64,000 bases of DNA from Candidatus Latescibacterota bacterium (lineage in GTDB: Bacteria; Latescibacterota; UBA2968). The translations under genes were made by a program, and so were the position numbers. Location: NCBI GenBank assembly GCA_965207885.1, contig OZ242311.1, positions 3,680,001 to 3,744,000 on the forward strand. The letters run 5' to 3'. Of this stretch, positions 11,459-21,321 are shown piece by piece. A model generated the notes under the pieces. That model did no database searches. It had not been told where the DNA came from and was given only the letters and a program-made list of their open reading frames with translations. How positions within the stretch are numbered: the stretch's first letter is position 1; every line of letters starts with the position of its first letter.

Positions 11459-12373
11459 ATGACTGACCCCATTCAAAACTATGCGCGTATTGGTATTGTT
11501 CACTTTATGGCCTATAAAGCTTGTCTTGGCGGCGAAGGTCCCATTTTGGAAACCCTGGAAAAAATCGCCCTTGATCCCTATTTCCAGGTCGTTGAAGTCA
11601 CCCACATGAAAGACCCACAAGTGCGAACAGAAGCACGCGACTTGCTCACCGCTGCCCACATGGATGTGGCTTTTGGCGCGCAACCCATTCTGCTGGGTAA
11701 CCAACTCAATATCAATGCCCCTGATGTCGCCCACCGTCAAAGTGCTGTTGACGCTGTCAAAGCGGGAATTGACCAGGCCGAAGAACTCGGTGCTCCTGGC
11801 TGTGCCCTGCTTTCAGGTGTAGATCCGGGCCCCGAAGCCCGCGAAGAAGGTCTCGATCTGCTGGTAGATTCTTTGAGCCAACTCTGCGACTATGCCGGCG
11901 AAAAGAATATGGATATTGTACTTGAAACCTTTGACCGCGTACCTTACGGCAAAAACTGTATTGTGGGGCCTAATGCCCTCGCTGTTGAAATCTCAAACCG
12001 CCTCAGACGCCAGTATCCCCATTTTGGCCTGATGCTCGATTTGAGCCATTTTCCACTTCAGGGTGAAAGCACGGTTTACGCCATCAACATCGCTCGGGAT
12101 CACATCGTCCACATGCACGTTGGCAATTGCGTAATGTCCAACCCCAACCACCCGGCCTATGGCGATAACCATCCCCGCTTTGGCTGCGAAGATGGCGAAA
12201 ACGATGTACCCGAAGTTGTGGAATTTCTCCGCGAACTGCTCAACATCGGTTATCTCGACCCCGATAAGCGCCCCATCTTGAGCTTTGAGGTCGGCCCAAT
12301 GGAAGGGGAATCCTCGGAAATCATTATCGCCAATGCCAAGCGCGTGCTCGACGAGGCCTGGGCGCAAGTCTAA
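11459..12373 (+). CDS. Sugar phosphate isomerase/epimerase (xylose-isomerase-like TIM barrel, AP_endonuc_2 family)
   Basis: Metal ligand pattern VLETFD / LDLSH / HMHVGN / SFEV; ATG 11459 with AGGAG RBS. Confidence 0.75.
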   Translation: MTDPIQNYARIGIVHFMAYKACLGGEGPILETLEKIALDPYFQVVEVTHMKDPQVRTEARDLLTAAHMDVAFGAQPILLGNQLNINAPDVAHRQSAVDAVKAGIDQAEELGAPGCALLSGVDPGPEAREEGLDLLVDSLSQLCDYAGEKNMDIVLETFDRVPYGKNCIVGPNALAVEISNRLRRQYPHFGLMLDLSHFPLQGESTVYAINIARDHIVHMHVGNCVMSNPNHPAYGDNHPRFGCEDGENDVPEVVEFLRELLNIGYLDPDKRPILSFEVGPMEGESSEIIIANAKRVLDEAWAQV

Positions 12374-12392
12374 ACGCACACAAATTACAATA

Positions 12393-12432
12393 ACCGGGCT
12401 TTCCCAAAAGAGAAGGTCCGGCTATTTTTTTA
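12393..12432 (+). terminator. Intrinsic terminator
   Basis: CCGGGCTTTC-loop-GAAGGTCCGG stem followed by a T-run, directly after the epimerase stop. Confidence 0.7.
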
Positions 12433-12443
12433 TTTCGATATGC

Positions 12444-13202
12444 TCAATTCCAATATTCACTTCGCGCAGGCGGTCCGGGCTTTAACGCCCTGCGAATCAA
12501 CAGACCCAAAACCCGGGTGAAAACCACCATTAAAAAAAAATTAAACATAGCAGTCAGCACCACCCCAATCAGGGATAGCTGTCCCAATATCAAACTGCCG
12601 AGCAGAGATATCCCAAATAGACCAAAACACGCTTGAATATAATCGACCCTCACAATCTGGCGCAAATCCCGCCAAACAGGCCCCGGTTCAAATGCCATCC
12701 ACACCCGCCCTTCGGCAGCAAATCGCGTAAATACAATGGGAAAAAATCCGTAAAAAAAGATAACCGTGAATATCAGCAATAGCGACAAAGCCCCGGCCTC
12801 TTCTACAGAACTCGGTATCAAACCCAATACCGAAACCACCATTACAAAACCCGCAACTCCAATGACAGTGTATCCCAGGACAATGAGGAATAACCAGAAG
12901 CCCGCCACCCCGTAAGCCCACCAATTGCTCCATGAGGGTAAGTTCAGTGATTCAGTACCGTTGAGCGCATCGACAAAAATCCGGTATAAGTAGCCCCAGG
13001 CAATGCACAAAAGCCCTATGGTCACAATCAGCAACACGCCCCCCATCCCAGGCCCAATTTGCCCGGTGAAAATCAGCACCAGCACCAGTGCAGGCGGCAA
13101 ATTTAATACGCCGCCCGGGATAATTTTCCCCCACCAGCGCGGCGTATTAAACAGGGAGCGAAGTGTATTAAACAAAATAATGCCAAACATAGCTTTCCAC
13201 AT
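12444..13202 (-). CDS. Integral membrane protein, DUF4013-like
   Basis: Several TM helices with GY..I....NG...LPSWSNW and FAAEGR...AFE patterns; ATG 13202 directly after the upstream TGA. Confidence 0.5.
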   Translation of the reverse strand: MWKAMFGIILFNTLRSLFNTPRWWGKIIPGGVLNLPPALVLVLIFTGQIGPGMGGVLLIVTIGLLCIAWGYLYRIFVDALNGTESLNLPSWSNWWAYGVAGFWLFLIVLGYTVIGVAGFVMVVSVLGLIPSSVEEAGALSLLLIFTVIFFYGFFPIVFTRFAAEGRVWMAFEPGPVWRDLRQIVRVDYIQACFGLFGISLLGSLILGQLSLIGVVLTAMFNFFLMVVFTRVLGLLIRRALKPGPPARSEYWN

Positions 13203-13203
13203 G

Positions 13204-14397
13204 TCAGACTGCGTCAAGTGCCTGTCCGACATCGACAATAATATCCTCGGTGTCTTCAATGCCTACGGCATAGCGCACCAACTCATCGGCAATGCCAATT
13301 GCCAATCGGTCTTCGCGCGCCAATTCGTAATACGAAATAGATGCGGGATGCGAAACGAGACTCTCCACCCCTCCCAGACTAGCCCCGATACACGGAATTT
13401 TCAAGCGGTCAATAAAATCCAGCGTACCTGCCTCATTCGCATCTAAATCAAAACTTACCAGCCCACCAAATCCACGCATCTGCGCTTTGGCAACATCGTG
13501 GTGTGGGTGGCTTTCCAAACCTGGATAATACACGCGCTTTACCCGATCGTGATTTTCCAAAAACCGCGCCAACATCAGCGCTGTTTCATTTTGCTTACCC
13601 ATTCGCAGTGGAAAAGTCTTGATCCCACGGATCAACAAATAAGCGCAATGAGGATCGATCACCCCTCCCAAAATACCTCGATAGTCTCGAATCGCACCAA
13701 CAAGGGGCGCATTGCCCAGCACAGCACCAGCCATCAAATCGTTGTGCCCCCCCAAATATTTGGTCGCCGAATGAATGACCAGATCGACGCCAAATTCGAG
13801 CGGACGCTGGTTTAAGGGCGTGGCAAATGTGCTGTCAATAATCGTCTTGACCCGATGCCTTCTTCCAATATCAACCAGTTTTTCCAGATCGATCACATTG
13901 AGATGTGGATTGGTCGGAGATTCGGAAATAATTACCCGCGTGTTATCCCTGACTGCACCTTCTAATTCGGCGTAATCACCCGCGTGAACAAATGTAGTTT
14001 CAATGCCAAATTTTCGCAACACCATCTGGCAAAATTGTGCGGTCTTGCGATAGCAGTCATCCATAATCACTGCATGGTTTCCGGTTGATAGCATGCCCAG
14101 TAGCGTAGTCGTCACAGCACTCATACCCGAAGAAAATAAAATAGCGGCCTCCGCGCCTTCCAATTCTGCGAGCTTGGATTCTGCGGCATGCTGTGTTGGA
14201 TTGCCGTAGCGCCCATAGTCAATCTGTGGGTTTTGACCATCTACAAACGCTTTAACCGCATGCGTATCTTCAAATACATAAGTCGATGTCTGCGCAATGG
14301 GCACTGTCAGAGATTTTCCCCAGTGTCCCCTTTCTTCACCTGCATGAACAGCCCGTGTCCCCGAACAGGGCGCGTGCGTCTCGCACTTTTCAGACAT
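13204..14397 (-). CDS. metB: Cystathionine gamma-synthase (plant-type; Cys/Met metabolism PLP enzyme)
   Basis: YGRYGNPT, DCYRKT, ESPTNP, DSTFATPLNQ, HSATKYLGGHND (PLP Lys), SLGGVESL; SAM riboswitch upstream. Confidence 0.85.
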   Translation of the reverse strand: MSEKCETHAPCSGTRAVHAGEERGHWGKSLTVPIAQTSTYVFEDTHAVKAFVDGQNPQIDYGRYGNPTQHAAESKLAELEGAEAAILFSSGMSAVTTTLLGMLSTGNHAVIMDDCYRKTAQFCQMVLRKFGIETTFVHAGDYAELEGAVRDNTRVIISESPTNPHLNVIDLEKLVDIGRRHRVKTIIDSTFATPLNQRPLEFGVDLVIHSATKYLGGHNDLMAGAVLGNAPLVGAIRDYRGILGGVIDPHCAYLLIRGIKTFPLRMGKQNETALMLARFLENHDRVKRVYYPGLESHPHHDVAKAQMRGFGGLVSFDLDANEAGTLDFIDRLKIPCIGASLGGVESLVSHPASISYYELAREDRLAIGIADELVRYAVGIEDTEDIIVDVGQALDAV

Positions 14398-14409
14398 GCG
14401 CCATCTCCC

Positions 14410-14439
14410 AAAAAAAAAGCGGAGCCACAAAAGCCCCGC
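14410..14439 (-). terminator. Terminator-like hairpin T2 in the metB leader
   Basis: GCGGGGC-TTTTGTG-GCTCCGC followed by T9, just upstream of the GGGAGA RBS. Confidence 0.7.
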
Positions 14440-14448
14440 GCAGTACGC

Positions 14449-14476
14449 AAAAAACCGGACTAAAAAGCCCGGTTTT
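14449..14476 (-). terminator. Riboswitch-controlled terminator T1 in the metB leader
   Basis: AAAACCGGGCT-TTTT-AGTCCGGTTTTTT; its core GGCTTTTTAGT is complementary to the aptamer 3' end GCTAAAAAGTT. Confidence 0.75.
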
Positions 14477-14484
14477 GGAAATAA

Positions 14485-14534
14485 CTTTTTAGCGACTTGT
14501 TTAAAGTGGCTGCAATATGCCGCAAATCACCACT
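14485..14534 (-). ncRNA. SAM-II (SAM_alpha class) riboswitch aptamer
   Basis: AGUGGUGAUUUGCGGCAUAUUGCAGCCACUUUAAACAAGUCGCUAAAAAG: P1 AGUGG/CCACU, loop GAUUU, and UUGC pairing with GCUAA - the conserved SAM-II pseudoknot core - located upstream of a methionine biosynthesis gene. Confidence 0.9.
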
Positions 14535-14554
14535 CACTATAGCTGTGTTTTGGG

Positions 14555-14583
14555 AATGTAAACAAAACCTCCAACCATGTCAA
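14555..14583 (-). promoter_or_regulatory. Internal sigma70-type promoter for the riboswitch-metB transcript
   Basis: TTGACA-17 nt-TACATT starting immediately after the thrC stop codon. Confidence 0.75.
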
Positions 14584-15945
14584 CTATCGGTTGGCTTCAA
14601 TCCGATCGAAAATCGCCTTTTTTACCGCATCGACTTCAGGAGGCAACACAACGGGTTCATTTTGGTAATGCGGGCCGACACCCCAGTCCTGTAACTGATC
14701 CCGATGATACCCGAGCTTAAATTCGCTAAACTTCAACCCGTGAGCCGTTGAAATCACGATCACCCGATCGCTTTTCTGAATCACACCCCTTTCAACCAAC
14801 TTGAACAATGCTGCGAAAGCCACCCCGGTATGCGGGCAGGCAAACAAACCCGTGCGGTCGGCACGCGCAGCCGCATCGGCCAATTCCTCCTCGCTGGCTT
14901 GCTCCACGACACCACCAAATATTTTGAGCGTTTGAATCGCCTTTTCCCGACTCACTGGATTGCCGATCTGGATCGCACTCGCCAATGTCGGCTGTGCCTG
15001 AATCGGTTCAAAACTATCAAAATTCTTTTCAAAACTCTGGTAGAGCGGGTTTGCCCTATCGGCCTGGGCAACCGCAATGCGCGGCAACCGGTCAATGAGA
15101 CCGAGGGCTTCCATTTCGAGAAACCCCTTACCAAGCGCACTCACATTGCCCAGATTTCCGCCGGGAATCACAACCCAATCGGGCACGTCCCAATCAAATT
15201 GTTGCACCAATTCAATGCTGATCGTTTTTTGTCCCTCTACCCGCAGTGAATTCATCGAATTGGCCAAATAAATATTCTCCTCGCGGCAAATCTCCTGCAC
15301 GAGCCTCATACATCCATCAAAGTCCGTCTCCAAACTCAGCACCAGCGCACCATTGGCCAGGGGTTGCAAAAGTTGTGCGGTCGAGATTTTGTCCCTCGGC
15401 AAAAAGACCACCGATTGTATGCCCGCCGCCGCACAATACGCAGCCAATGCCGCCGAGGTGTCCCCAGTAGATGCACACGCAACCGCCGGAATACGCGCCC
15501 CCTCAAACAGCATCTGTTTCACCATGGATACCAGCACCGTCATGCCCAAATCTTTGAACGACCCCGTATGGCTGTTACCACATTGCTTAACCCACAAATC
15601 CTCAACGCCAATTTCGCGCCCTAAACGCTCGGCCCAAAACAGATTGCTTCCCCCTTCGTACATCGACACCACATTGTCTTCGTGAACTACGGGGCAGACC
15701 AGTTCTTTTTTCCCCCACACCGAACTGCCATAAGGCCATTCTGTCGTCATATAGCGCTTATCAAACAACCCGCGCCAATAACTGCCCGACTTGCGTTTGA
15801 GCACCTCCATATCGTGCGCCACTTCAAGCAATCCCCCGCACGTTGGGCATGCGTAAATCACATCCGTCAACGCATATCGCCCCTCGCACCCTCGAAAACA
15901 CCGAAACCACGCATTATAAGTTGTATCGTCCATAATCACCGCCAT
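14584..15945 (-). CDS. thrC: Threonine synthase (plant-type subfamily, N-terminal Cys cluster)
   Basis: [10 protein letters not shown] (PLP Lys), [54 protein letters not shown]; ATG 15945 with GAGGA RBS. Confidence 0.92.
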   Translation of the reverse strand: MAVIMDDTTYNAWFRCFRGCEGRYALTDVIYACPTCGGLLEVAHDMEVLKRKSGSYWRGLFDKRYMTTEWPYGSSVWGKKELVCPVVHEDNVVSMYEGGSNLFWAERLGREIGVEDLWVKQCGNSHTGSFKDLGMTVLVSMVKQMLFEGARIPAVACASTGDTSAALAAYCAAAGIQSVVFLPRDKISTAQLLQPLANGALVLSLETDFDGCMRLVQEICREENIYLANSMNSLRVEGQKTISIELVQQFDWDVPDWVVIPGGNLGNVSALGKGFLEMEALGLIDRLPRIAVAQADRANPLYQSFEKNFDSFEPIQAQPTLASAIQIGNPVSREKAIQTLKIFGGVVEQASEEELADAAARADRTGLFACPHTGVAFAALFKLVERGVIQKSDRVIVISTAHGLKFSEFKLGYHRDQLQDWGVGPHYQNEPVVLPPEVDAVKKAIFDRIEANR

Positions 15946-15958
15946 TATAGATGATTCC

Positions 15959-16726
15959 TCAAATTCTCTCCAACGCCTGCGCCTCAATCCAGCCGCCGAG
16001 GCCCGAGCGCAGGCGCACCAACAGCCATCCACCTTCAACGCGTTCAATCTCGACCTTCGTGCCCTCGTGAAGTGCGAACACCTGTAAAAAGTCGGGCCCT
16101 GGCCCACTGCGACCAATGGCCTCATCCACCAAAATGATAGCTTTGGGAATGCTGTGTTGATGCGCCTTAAACGCCAGCATAGCCGCACTGCCCAAAAGTC
16201 CGCCCACAAAAACCACCAGCAACCCACCCCATAGCAAACGACGGACCGGCACAAAAATCCAACACATCGCCACACCGCCTATAGAAAAAACAAACACACA
16301 AACCATAACTGCCAGCGCATCGAGGGGAAAAAAATCAAAAATCGCTTGCAAAATCCGCGTCAAAATATTGACCTCATCTTCGTTTTCTCGATCTATCTTC
16401 TGGGCATTGGCAAACTGCAAATTCGCCAGAACATCCCGATCGCCCGGCATCAAATTCAAAGCGCGTTCATAAGATAAAATCGCACGCCCGAGTTGCGCAT
16501 TTTTAAAATACGCATTGCCCAGATTATAATACACCTCACCATTATTCAGCCCCTGGGCAATAACGCGCTCATAAGCCGAAATCGCCGCATCAAAATCCCC
16601 GGCGCGATAGTGTTCATTACCCCGATTGTACAGCGCGACAAGAGCTTCTGAGGCGAATACCGCATCTACGCCAAGTATCGCAACTGCGACAACGGGGTAT
16701 AACAACCGTACTATCACCGTCCTCAT
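15959..16726 (-). CDS. BatE-like TPR + TM + SH3 protein
   Basis: Signal peptide, TPRs ([21 protein letters not shown]), two TM helices, C-terminal SH3 ([12 protein letters not shown]). Confidence 0.85.
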   Translation of the reverse strand: MRTVIVRLLYPVVAVAILGVDAVFASEALVALYNRGNEHYRAGDFDAAISAYERVIAQGLNNGEVYYNLGNAYFKNAQLGRAILSYERALNLMPGDRDVLANLQFANAQKIDRENEDEVNILTRILQAIFDFFPLDALAVMVCVFVFSIGGVAMCWIFVPVRRLLWGGLLVVFVGGLLGSAAMLAFKAHQHSIPKAIILVDEAIGRSGPGPDFLQVFALHEGTKVEIERVEGGWLLVRLRSGLGGWIEAQALERI

Positions 16727-16728
16727 GA

Positions 16729-18573
16729 CTAAATACACCGCTCCAGCGCACCGATCAAATCTTCGGTCTGCGCGAACAAAGCCTGCATCTGCTCTGCCGA
16801 AATCTGCCCCGGCGCAAACCGCGCCTGATCGCATTGACCAAATACGTCCTGGACGCCTGCAATCACCTGTGCATCTACACCGCGTTCCACCAGCATAGCA
16901 CCAATCTGATCCGCTGTCAAACCAGCTGCTACACGATTGGTTCGATCTGCGACAAACTGCGACAAAGACCTGTGAACTTCACCGTGAAAACCCGCGCTAT
17001 CGCCCGCCTCCATTAACCCTCTCGCCTTGCCCAAACGCCGCTGTGCTTCCGAGCGCGAACGCCTTCTGCGCGCATAAGCCACATCGCCTTCTAAACGCAC
17101 GCGATGACGTCGATAAGCGTAAGCACCAGCCACTCCCAAAACGGGAATTAGCTGCAAAAACCAAAACCCACTGCGCTGATAGAGCAACAAGCCCTGATCG
17201 GCCAAATGCATCCGGTCGGGTTTGATATACCGGATATCTCTCCCCAGCGCACGCACTTCTTCACCCGGCAACCCATCAACCGGCTGGGGCATCTGTTCAC
17301 CCGGCGTCACCTGCAACGCGATGGGCTTGGTTTGCACAGTTTTATACAGCTTCTGCACAGGATCAAAATAGGCCAGTGTAAAAGGCGGCAATATCACCTG
17401 CCCTGTTTTATACGGAATCGCCACATACTCAAAAGTTTTTTGTCCGCTTATGCGCGTGCCACGCTTTCGCGTTTCCAAATTCGTCTTGGGATCATAAAAC
17501 TTAAAACCCGACCGCTCCGGACGAATAGGCTCGTTAATCGCGTGCAAATTTCCCGCCCCCTGCACCACCACCTTCACCGCAACGGGATCGCCGGCTTTCA
17601 CCGTACCGGGAATCGCCTCTGCGCGCATCTCAAATTTCCCAACGGTGCCGCCAAACCCCTTCGGCGCACCAGCAGGCAACGGTATCACCTCAATTTCTAT
17701 ATCGCCCGACCGCACCGCCACCTGCTGCGTGTCAAACGCACCAAATGGATCAAAATCGAACAGACCGCGCGACCGCCGACCCCCAACAACTTCGCAATTC
17801 ACCTCAAGTTGCTCAAGGGTGTGCTTACCTGCCGTTGTCGGAAACAGCGCCAAACGCTTGAGCAATGCCGTATTAAACGCGCGCCCATCGACAACCTCTC
17901 GCTGCATATTCAAACGCTGGGCATCAAACACAGTCTCTGCCCAAAACCCCGTAAATGTCGGCACATGGCCGTATTGCACATTTCGCAAATCATAGCGCGT
18001 AAACAATTTATAGGTCACCCCCACCTGTTCCCCCACATAAACCATCCGCTTTTCGGGAATCGCCTGCAAAAATAAATTTTGTTCAATCTCCTGAATCTCT
18101 GACTGTCCCATTGACCGTCCCGTTGATGGCGCGGGGCGCGTCTGCGGGCGACCACTCCTTTTCACCACCTCAATGCGTACCTGATCGGACCGAAGCGTCT
18201 TACCTTCATGGGCCAACTGTGCCGGACCAAGCACATGGGTGCCTACTCTCTGTGCGCGAAAAGAGAAAACATACGTCGTCGTGCGCTTTGTTGTCATCCC
18301 GCCATTGACAATATTGACAGACATTGACGTAGAGGACGTACTACCCGTTAATTGCAACCCATCAGGCGTGGGAACCTGAGGTGCAGACACACTACCCATC
18401 TGCGCGGCCTCAACCTCCACCCTGAACTGAATCAAATCGCCGACTTCGACCCGATTCCGATCCACTGAAGCCCTTATCATCACATCCTGTGCATCAATCC
18501 CCTGTGCCCACAATAGAGCAAAAAAAACACCGCACAAAAATATCCATCTTTTCCTACCATGCATTGCCATCAT
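16729..18573 (-). CDS. BatD-like oxygen-tolerance protein
   Basis: Signal peptide; ASVDRNRVEVGD, SSTSMSVNIVNG, VYVGEQV, LPPFTLAYFDP, DIRYIK, TM and C-terminal helical domain; start could be 18564. Confidence 0.85.
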   Translation of the reverse strand: MMAMHGRKRWIFLCGVFFALLWAQGIDAQDVMIRASVDRNRVEVGDLIQFRVEVEAAQMGSVSAPQVPTPDGLQLTGSTSSTSMSVNIVNGGMTTKRTTTYVFSFRAQRVGTHVLGPAQLAHEGKTLRSDQVRIEVVKRSGRPQTRPAPSTGRSMGQSEIQEIEQNLFLQAIPEKRMVYVGEQVGVTYKLFTRYDLRNVQYGHVPTFTGFWAETVFDAQRLNMQREVVDGRAFNTALLKRLALFPTTAGKHTLEQLEVNCEVVGGRRSRGLFDFDPFGAFDTQQVAVRSGDIEIEVIPLPAGAPKGFGGTVGKFEMRAEAIPGTVKAGDPVAVKVVVQGAGNLHAINEPIRPERSGFKFYDPKTNLETRKRGTRISGQKTFEYVAIPYKTGQVILPPFTLAYFDPVQKLYKTVQTKPIALQVTPGEQMPQPVDGLPGEEVRALGRDIRYIKPDRMHLADQGLLLYQRSGFWFLQLIPVLGVAGAYAYRRHRVRLEGDVAYARRRRSRSEAQRRLGKARGLMEAGDSAGFHGEVHRSLSQFVADRTNRVAAGLTADQIGAMLVERGVDAQVIAGVQDVFGQCDQARFAPGQISAEQMQALFAQTEDLIGALERCI

Positions 18574-19279
18574 ATCGCCTGCCCCGCAACTTCAATTTGC
18601 GTCGCTTCTGAGACTCTTCTTCTCGCGCCTTCATCGCATTGAGAATTCGAGCCGCCTCCTCGGGTGTCATCTCTCTGGGATCGGGCTGTTGGCCCTGCTG
18701 TTGTTTCTGCTGATCTCGCTGATCCTGCCCATCCTGATCTTGTTGATTCTGGTCTTGCTGATCCTGTTGATTCTGGTCCTGATTTTGACTTTGGTCCTGC
18801 TGATCCTGGTTTTGATCTTGATTTTTATCCTGTTCATCTTGCCCATCCTGACCATCCTGATCCAGTTTTTCCAATGCCAATTCCAGATTAATTTTGGCAT
18901 CTATATCATCCGGCTTCAGTTCCAATGATTTCTTATAAGCTCCCACAGCCTCTTGGAATTTCTCCTGCCGAAACAGCGCATTGCCCAAATTGTAATGTGC
19001 AGCAGCAGACATATCCGGATGAGTACCTTCGGTGGCACGCCCCATCTCCTGCAAAGCCTCGGCATATTTCCCCTGCTTGTAGAGTGCATCGCCAGCATTA
19101 AAATGCAACTCCGGTCGGGACCTCGCCTCTTGTTGTGCTTCCAAATACCGACGCAACGCGGCTTCGTACTCCCCCTTCTCAAACAGAGCATTGCCCTCTT
19201 CATTCTTTTTTGCCACGGGATCGAGAAATGTCCACCCCAAAAATGGCAACATCAGCAAAACATATAAAAATCGCTTCAT
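18554..19279 (-). CDS. BatC-like TPR protein with Q/D/N-rich linker
   Basis: TPRs (HFNAGDALYKQGKY, HYNLGNALFRQEKF, DAKINLELA), low-complexity QD linker, MTPEEAARILNAM and terminal W. Confidence 0.85.
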   Translation of the reverse strand: MKRFLYVLLMLPFLGWTFLDPVAKKNEEGNALFEKGEYEAALRRYLEAQQEARSRPELHFNAGDALYKQGKYAEALQEMGRATEGTHPDMSAAAHYNLGNALFRQEKFQEAVGAYKKSLELKPDDIDAKINLELALEKLDQDGQDGQDEQDKNQDQNQDQQDQSQNQDQNQQDQQDQNQQDQDGQDQRDQQKQQQGQQPDPREMTPEEAARILNAMKAREEESQKRRKLKLRGRRYDGNAW

Positions 19280-19296
19280 AACCTCACGTCCATAGT

Positions 19297-20322
19297 CTAA
19301 GTCTCAAATCGCCCGCGCCATGCTTCTTCACTGCGTCGCCGATCCGATAACAGAGCCTCGCTCACAAAACACAACAGAGCAAGAGCCAACGGCCATTGAA
19401 ACCTGTGAATATACTGTGCGTAACGCTGCGTACCCAAATCGCGCTTCTCCATCTCTGAAATCCGTTCATGCACCGCCTGCAATCCAATCCCCCCACCGCT
19501 GGCGCGCACATATAATCCATCGGTCACACGCGCAATCTCCTTCAAGGTTGCTTCATCCAAACGCGTCTTGACAATCTTGCCCTCAGTATCCTTCAAATAA
19601 TCTACCCTATCGCCATCGCGGACCGGAATCAACTCACCTTCCGCAGTCCCCACACCCACAGCAAAAATTCGTACATCTTCCTCCGCTGCCGCTCGCGCTG
19701 CTGCAATGGGATCACCCCCGTGATTTTCGCCATCCGTAATCAAAATGAGCGCTTTGTATTTCCCATTGCGCGACCCAAATCCTCTAATGGCGGCGCGAAT
19801 CGCTTCGGCAACCGCTGTACCCTGCTCTGAAATCAATGTGATATCTGCCTGTCCCAAAAACATCTTTGCCGCGCCATAATCCAGCGTAAGCGGACAGAGT
19901 ACATGGCTATAACCGGCAAAAGCCACAAGGCCGATGCGGTCGCCTTCAAGGCGATCGATCAACCCCTCAATTTCAAAACGCGCGCGATCCAGCCTGTTGG
20001 GCTTAATATCCTCGGCCAGCATACTCAACGACGTATCCAGAACAATCACCAGATCGACGCCACGGCGATGGATCAATTCCAATTCGGTGCCGAACTGCGG
20101 TTGCACCAGTGCAAGAATCAAAAAAAGGAATCCGACACACACCAGCGAGGATTTTATGCTTTGCCGCATGCGACTGACGCCCGAAGCGAGTTTATCCACC
20201 AACTCAGGAGCACCAAACGCATACAGTGCCTTGCGCTTGCGCCGAAAAGCCCACCAATAAAAAAGCGCGAAAACCGGCACGCATAATAGCAAATAAAAAG
20301 CCTGTGGATCGCCAAATCGCAT
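19297..20322 (-). CDS. BatB-like vWA-domain protein
   Basis: MRF..P N-terminal TM, MIDAS DTSLSM, PLTLDY, LITDGE. Confidence 0.88.
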   Translation of the reverse strand: MRFGDPQAFYLLLCVPVFALFYWWAFRRKRKALYAFGAPELVDKLASGVSRMRQSIKSSLVCVGFLFLILALVQPQFGTELELIHRRGVDLVIVLDTSLSMLAEDIKPNRLDRARFEIEGLIDRLEGDRIGLVAFAGYSHVLCPLTLDYGAAKMFLGQADITLISEQGTAVAEAIRAAIRGFGSRNGKYKALILITDGENHGGDPIAAARAAAEEDVRIFAVGVGTAEGELIPVRDGDRVDYLKDTEGKIVKTRLDEATLKEIARVTDGLYVRASGGGIGLQAVHERISEMEKRDLGTQRYAQYIHRFQWPLALALLCFVSEALLSDRRRSEEAWRGRFET

Positions 20323-21321
20323 CTAAGGCAACCTCCGAAATCGCGTATTGCCCAGCACCAATTCCAACGATAGTAGTGCTAACCCGGGATAGAGAAACAG
20401 GTAAAACAACTCGCGATAATCCACATACTCGCGCACTTTGATCTCGGTCTTTTCCATTTCGCCAATCTCGGCGTATATCTCCTCCAGCTTTTCTTCACTC
20501 GTCGCTCTGAAATATTTCCCACCTGTTGCATCCGCCACTTTTTTAAGCGTATCTTCATCAATTTCAACTTTGACCGGTACAAATCGCTTACCAAAAATCC
20601 CATCAACCTCCTGCATAATCGTACCCCTGCTACCTGCACCAATCGCATAAATGCGAACACCCACAGCCTCTGCTGCGCGCGCCGCGGTCATCGGATCGAT
20701 CTCACCGCGATTATTCTTCCCATCTGTCAACAAAATAATCACCTTACTCTTGGCCTCAGATTCTCGCAAACGATTCACCGCAGTTGCGATCCCCAAACCA
20801 ATCGCAGTGCCATCCCAGTCCTTGCTGGCAATTTCAACACCTTCGAGAAAACTCAAAAATACGCCGTAATCCAGCGTAAGCGGACATTGCGTATAGGCTT
20901 CTGCGGCAAAGACCACAAGCCCCAGGCGATCATTGGCGCGCCCCTGTGCAAATTGCGCCACCACCTCTTTACACACTTCCAACCGCGTCTTGCGCTGGTC
21001 CGCCAGATCTTTGGCCTCCATACTGCTCGAAACATCAATCGCCAGCGCAATATCAATACCCTGGCTCAAAATTTCTCGGCCTTCACGCCCCGACTGCGGC
21101 CGCGCCATCGCCGCGATGAGCAAAGCCAGAGCCACACAGCGAAACGCGATCAAACTGTGCCGCAACTTTAAAAAAAAGGACGGGCCAATACGCCGAAAAA
21201 GGCGCGTATCGGAAAAACGTATGCGCCCCGACTTGCGCCTTTCGCGCCCAATATAGCGATAGATGAGCACCGGAATAAACAACAGGATCAGTAACCACTC
21301 TGGATTGGCAAAACGCATCAC
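20323..21321 (-). CDS. BatA-like vWA-domain protein
   Basis: MRFANP, ARPQ, GIDIALAIDVSSSM, GTAIGLG, SKVIILLTDGKNN, TGGKYFRA. Confidence 0.9.
   Translation of the reverse strand: MMRFANPEWLLILLFIPVLIYRYIGRERRKSGRIRFSDTRLFRRIGPSFFLKLRHSLIAFRCVALALLIAAMARPQSGREGREILSQGIDIALAIDVSSSMEAKDLADQRKTRLEVCKEVVAQFAQGRANDRLGLVVFAAEAYTQCPLTLDYGVFLSFLEGVEIASKDWDGTAIGLGIATAVNRLRESEAKSKVIILLTDGKNNRGEIDPMTAARAAEAVGVRIYAIGAGSRGTIMQEVDGIFGKRFVPVKVEIDEDTLKKVADATGGKYFRATSEEKLEEIYAEIGEMEKTEIKVREYVDYRELFYLFLYPGLALLSLELVLGNTRFRRLP

Noticed and set aside
15946-16275. 110-aa N-terminal extension of threonine synthase in the ORF track (a transit/MTO1-like region)
   Set aside because: It overlaps batE in another frame; the ATG at 15945 has a good RBS right after the batE stop.
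18690-18870. Low-complexity CAG/GAT repeats (and the plus-strand poly-I/L ORF 18689-18928)
   Set aside because: Encodes the ordinary Q/D/N-rich linker of BatC-type proteins; the hydrophobic antisense ORF is its by-product.
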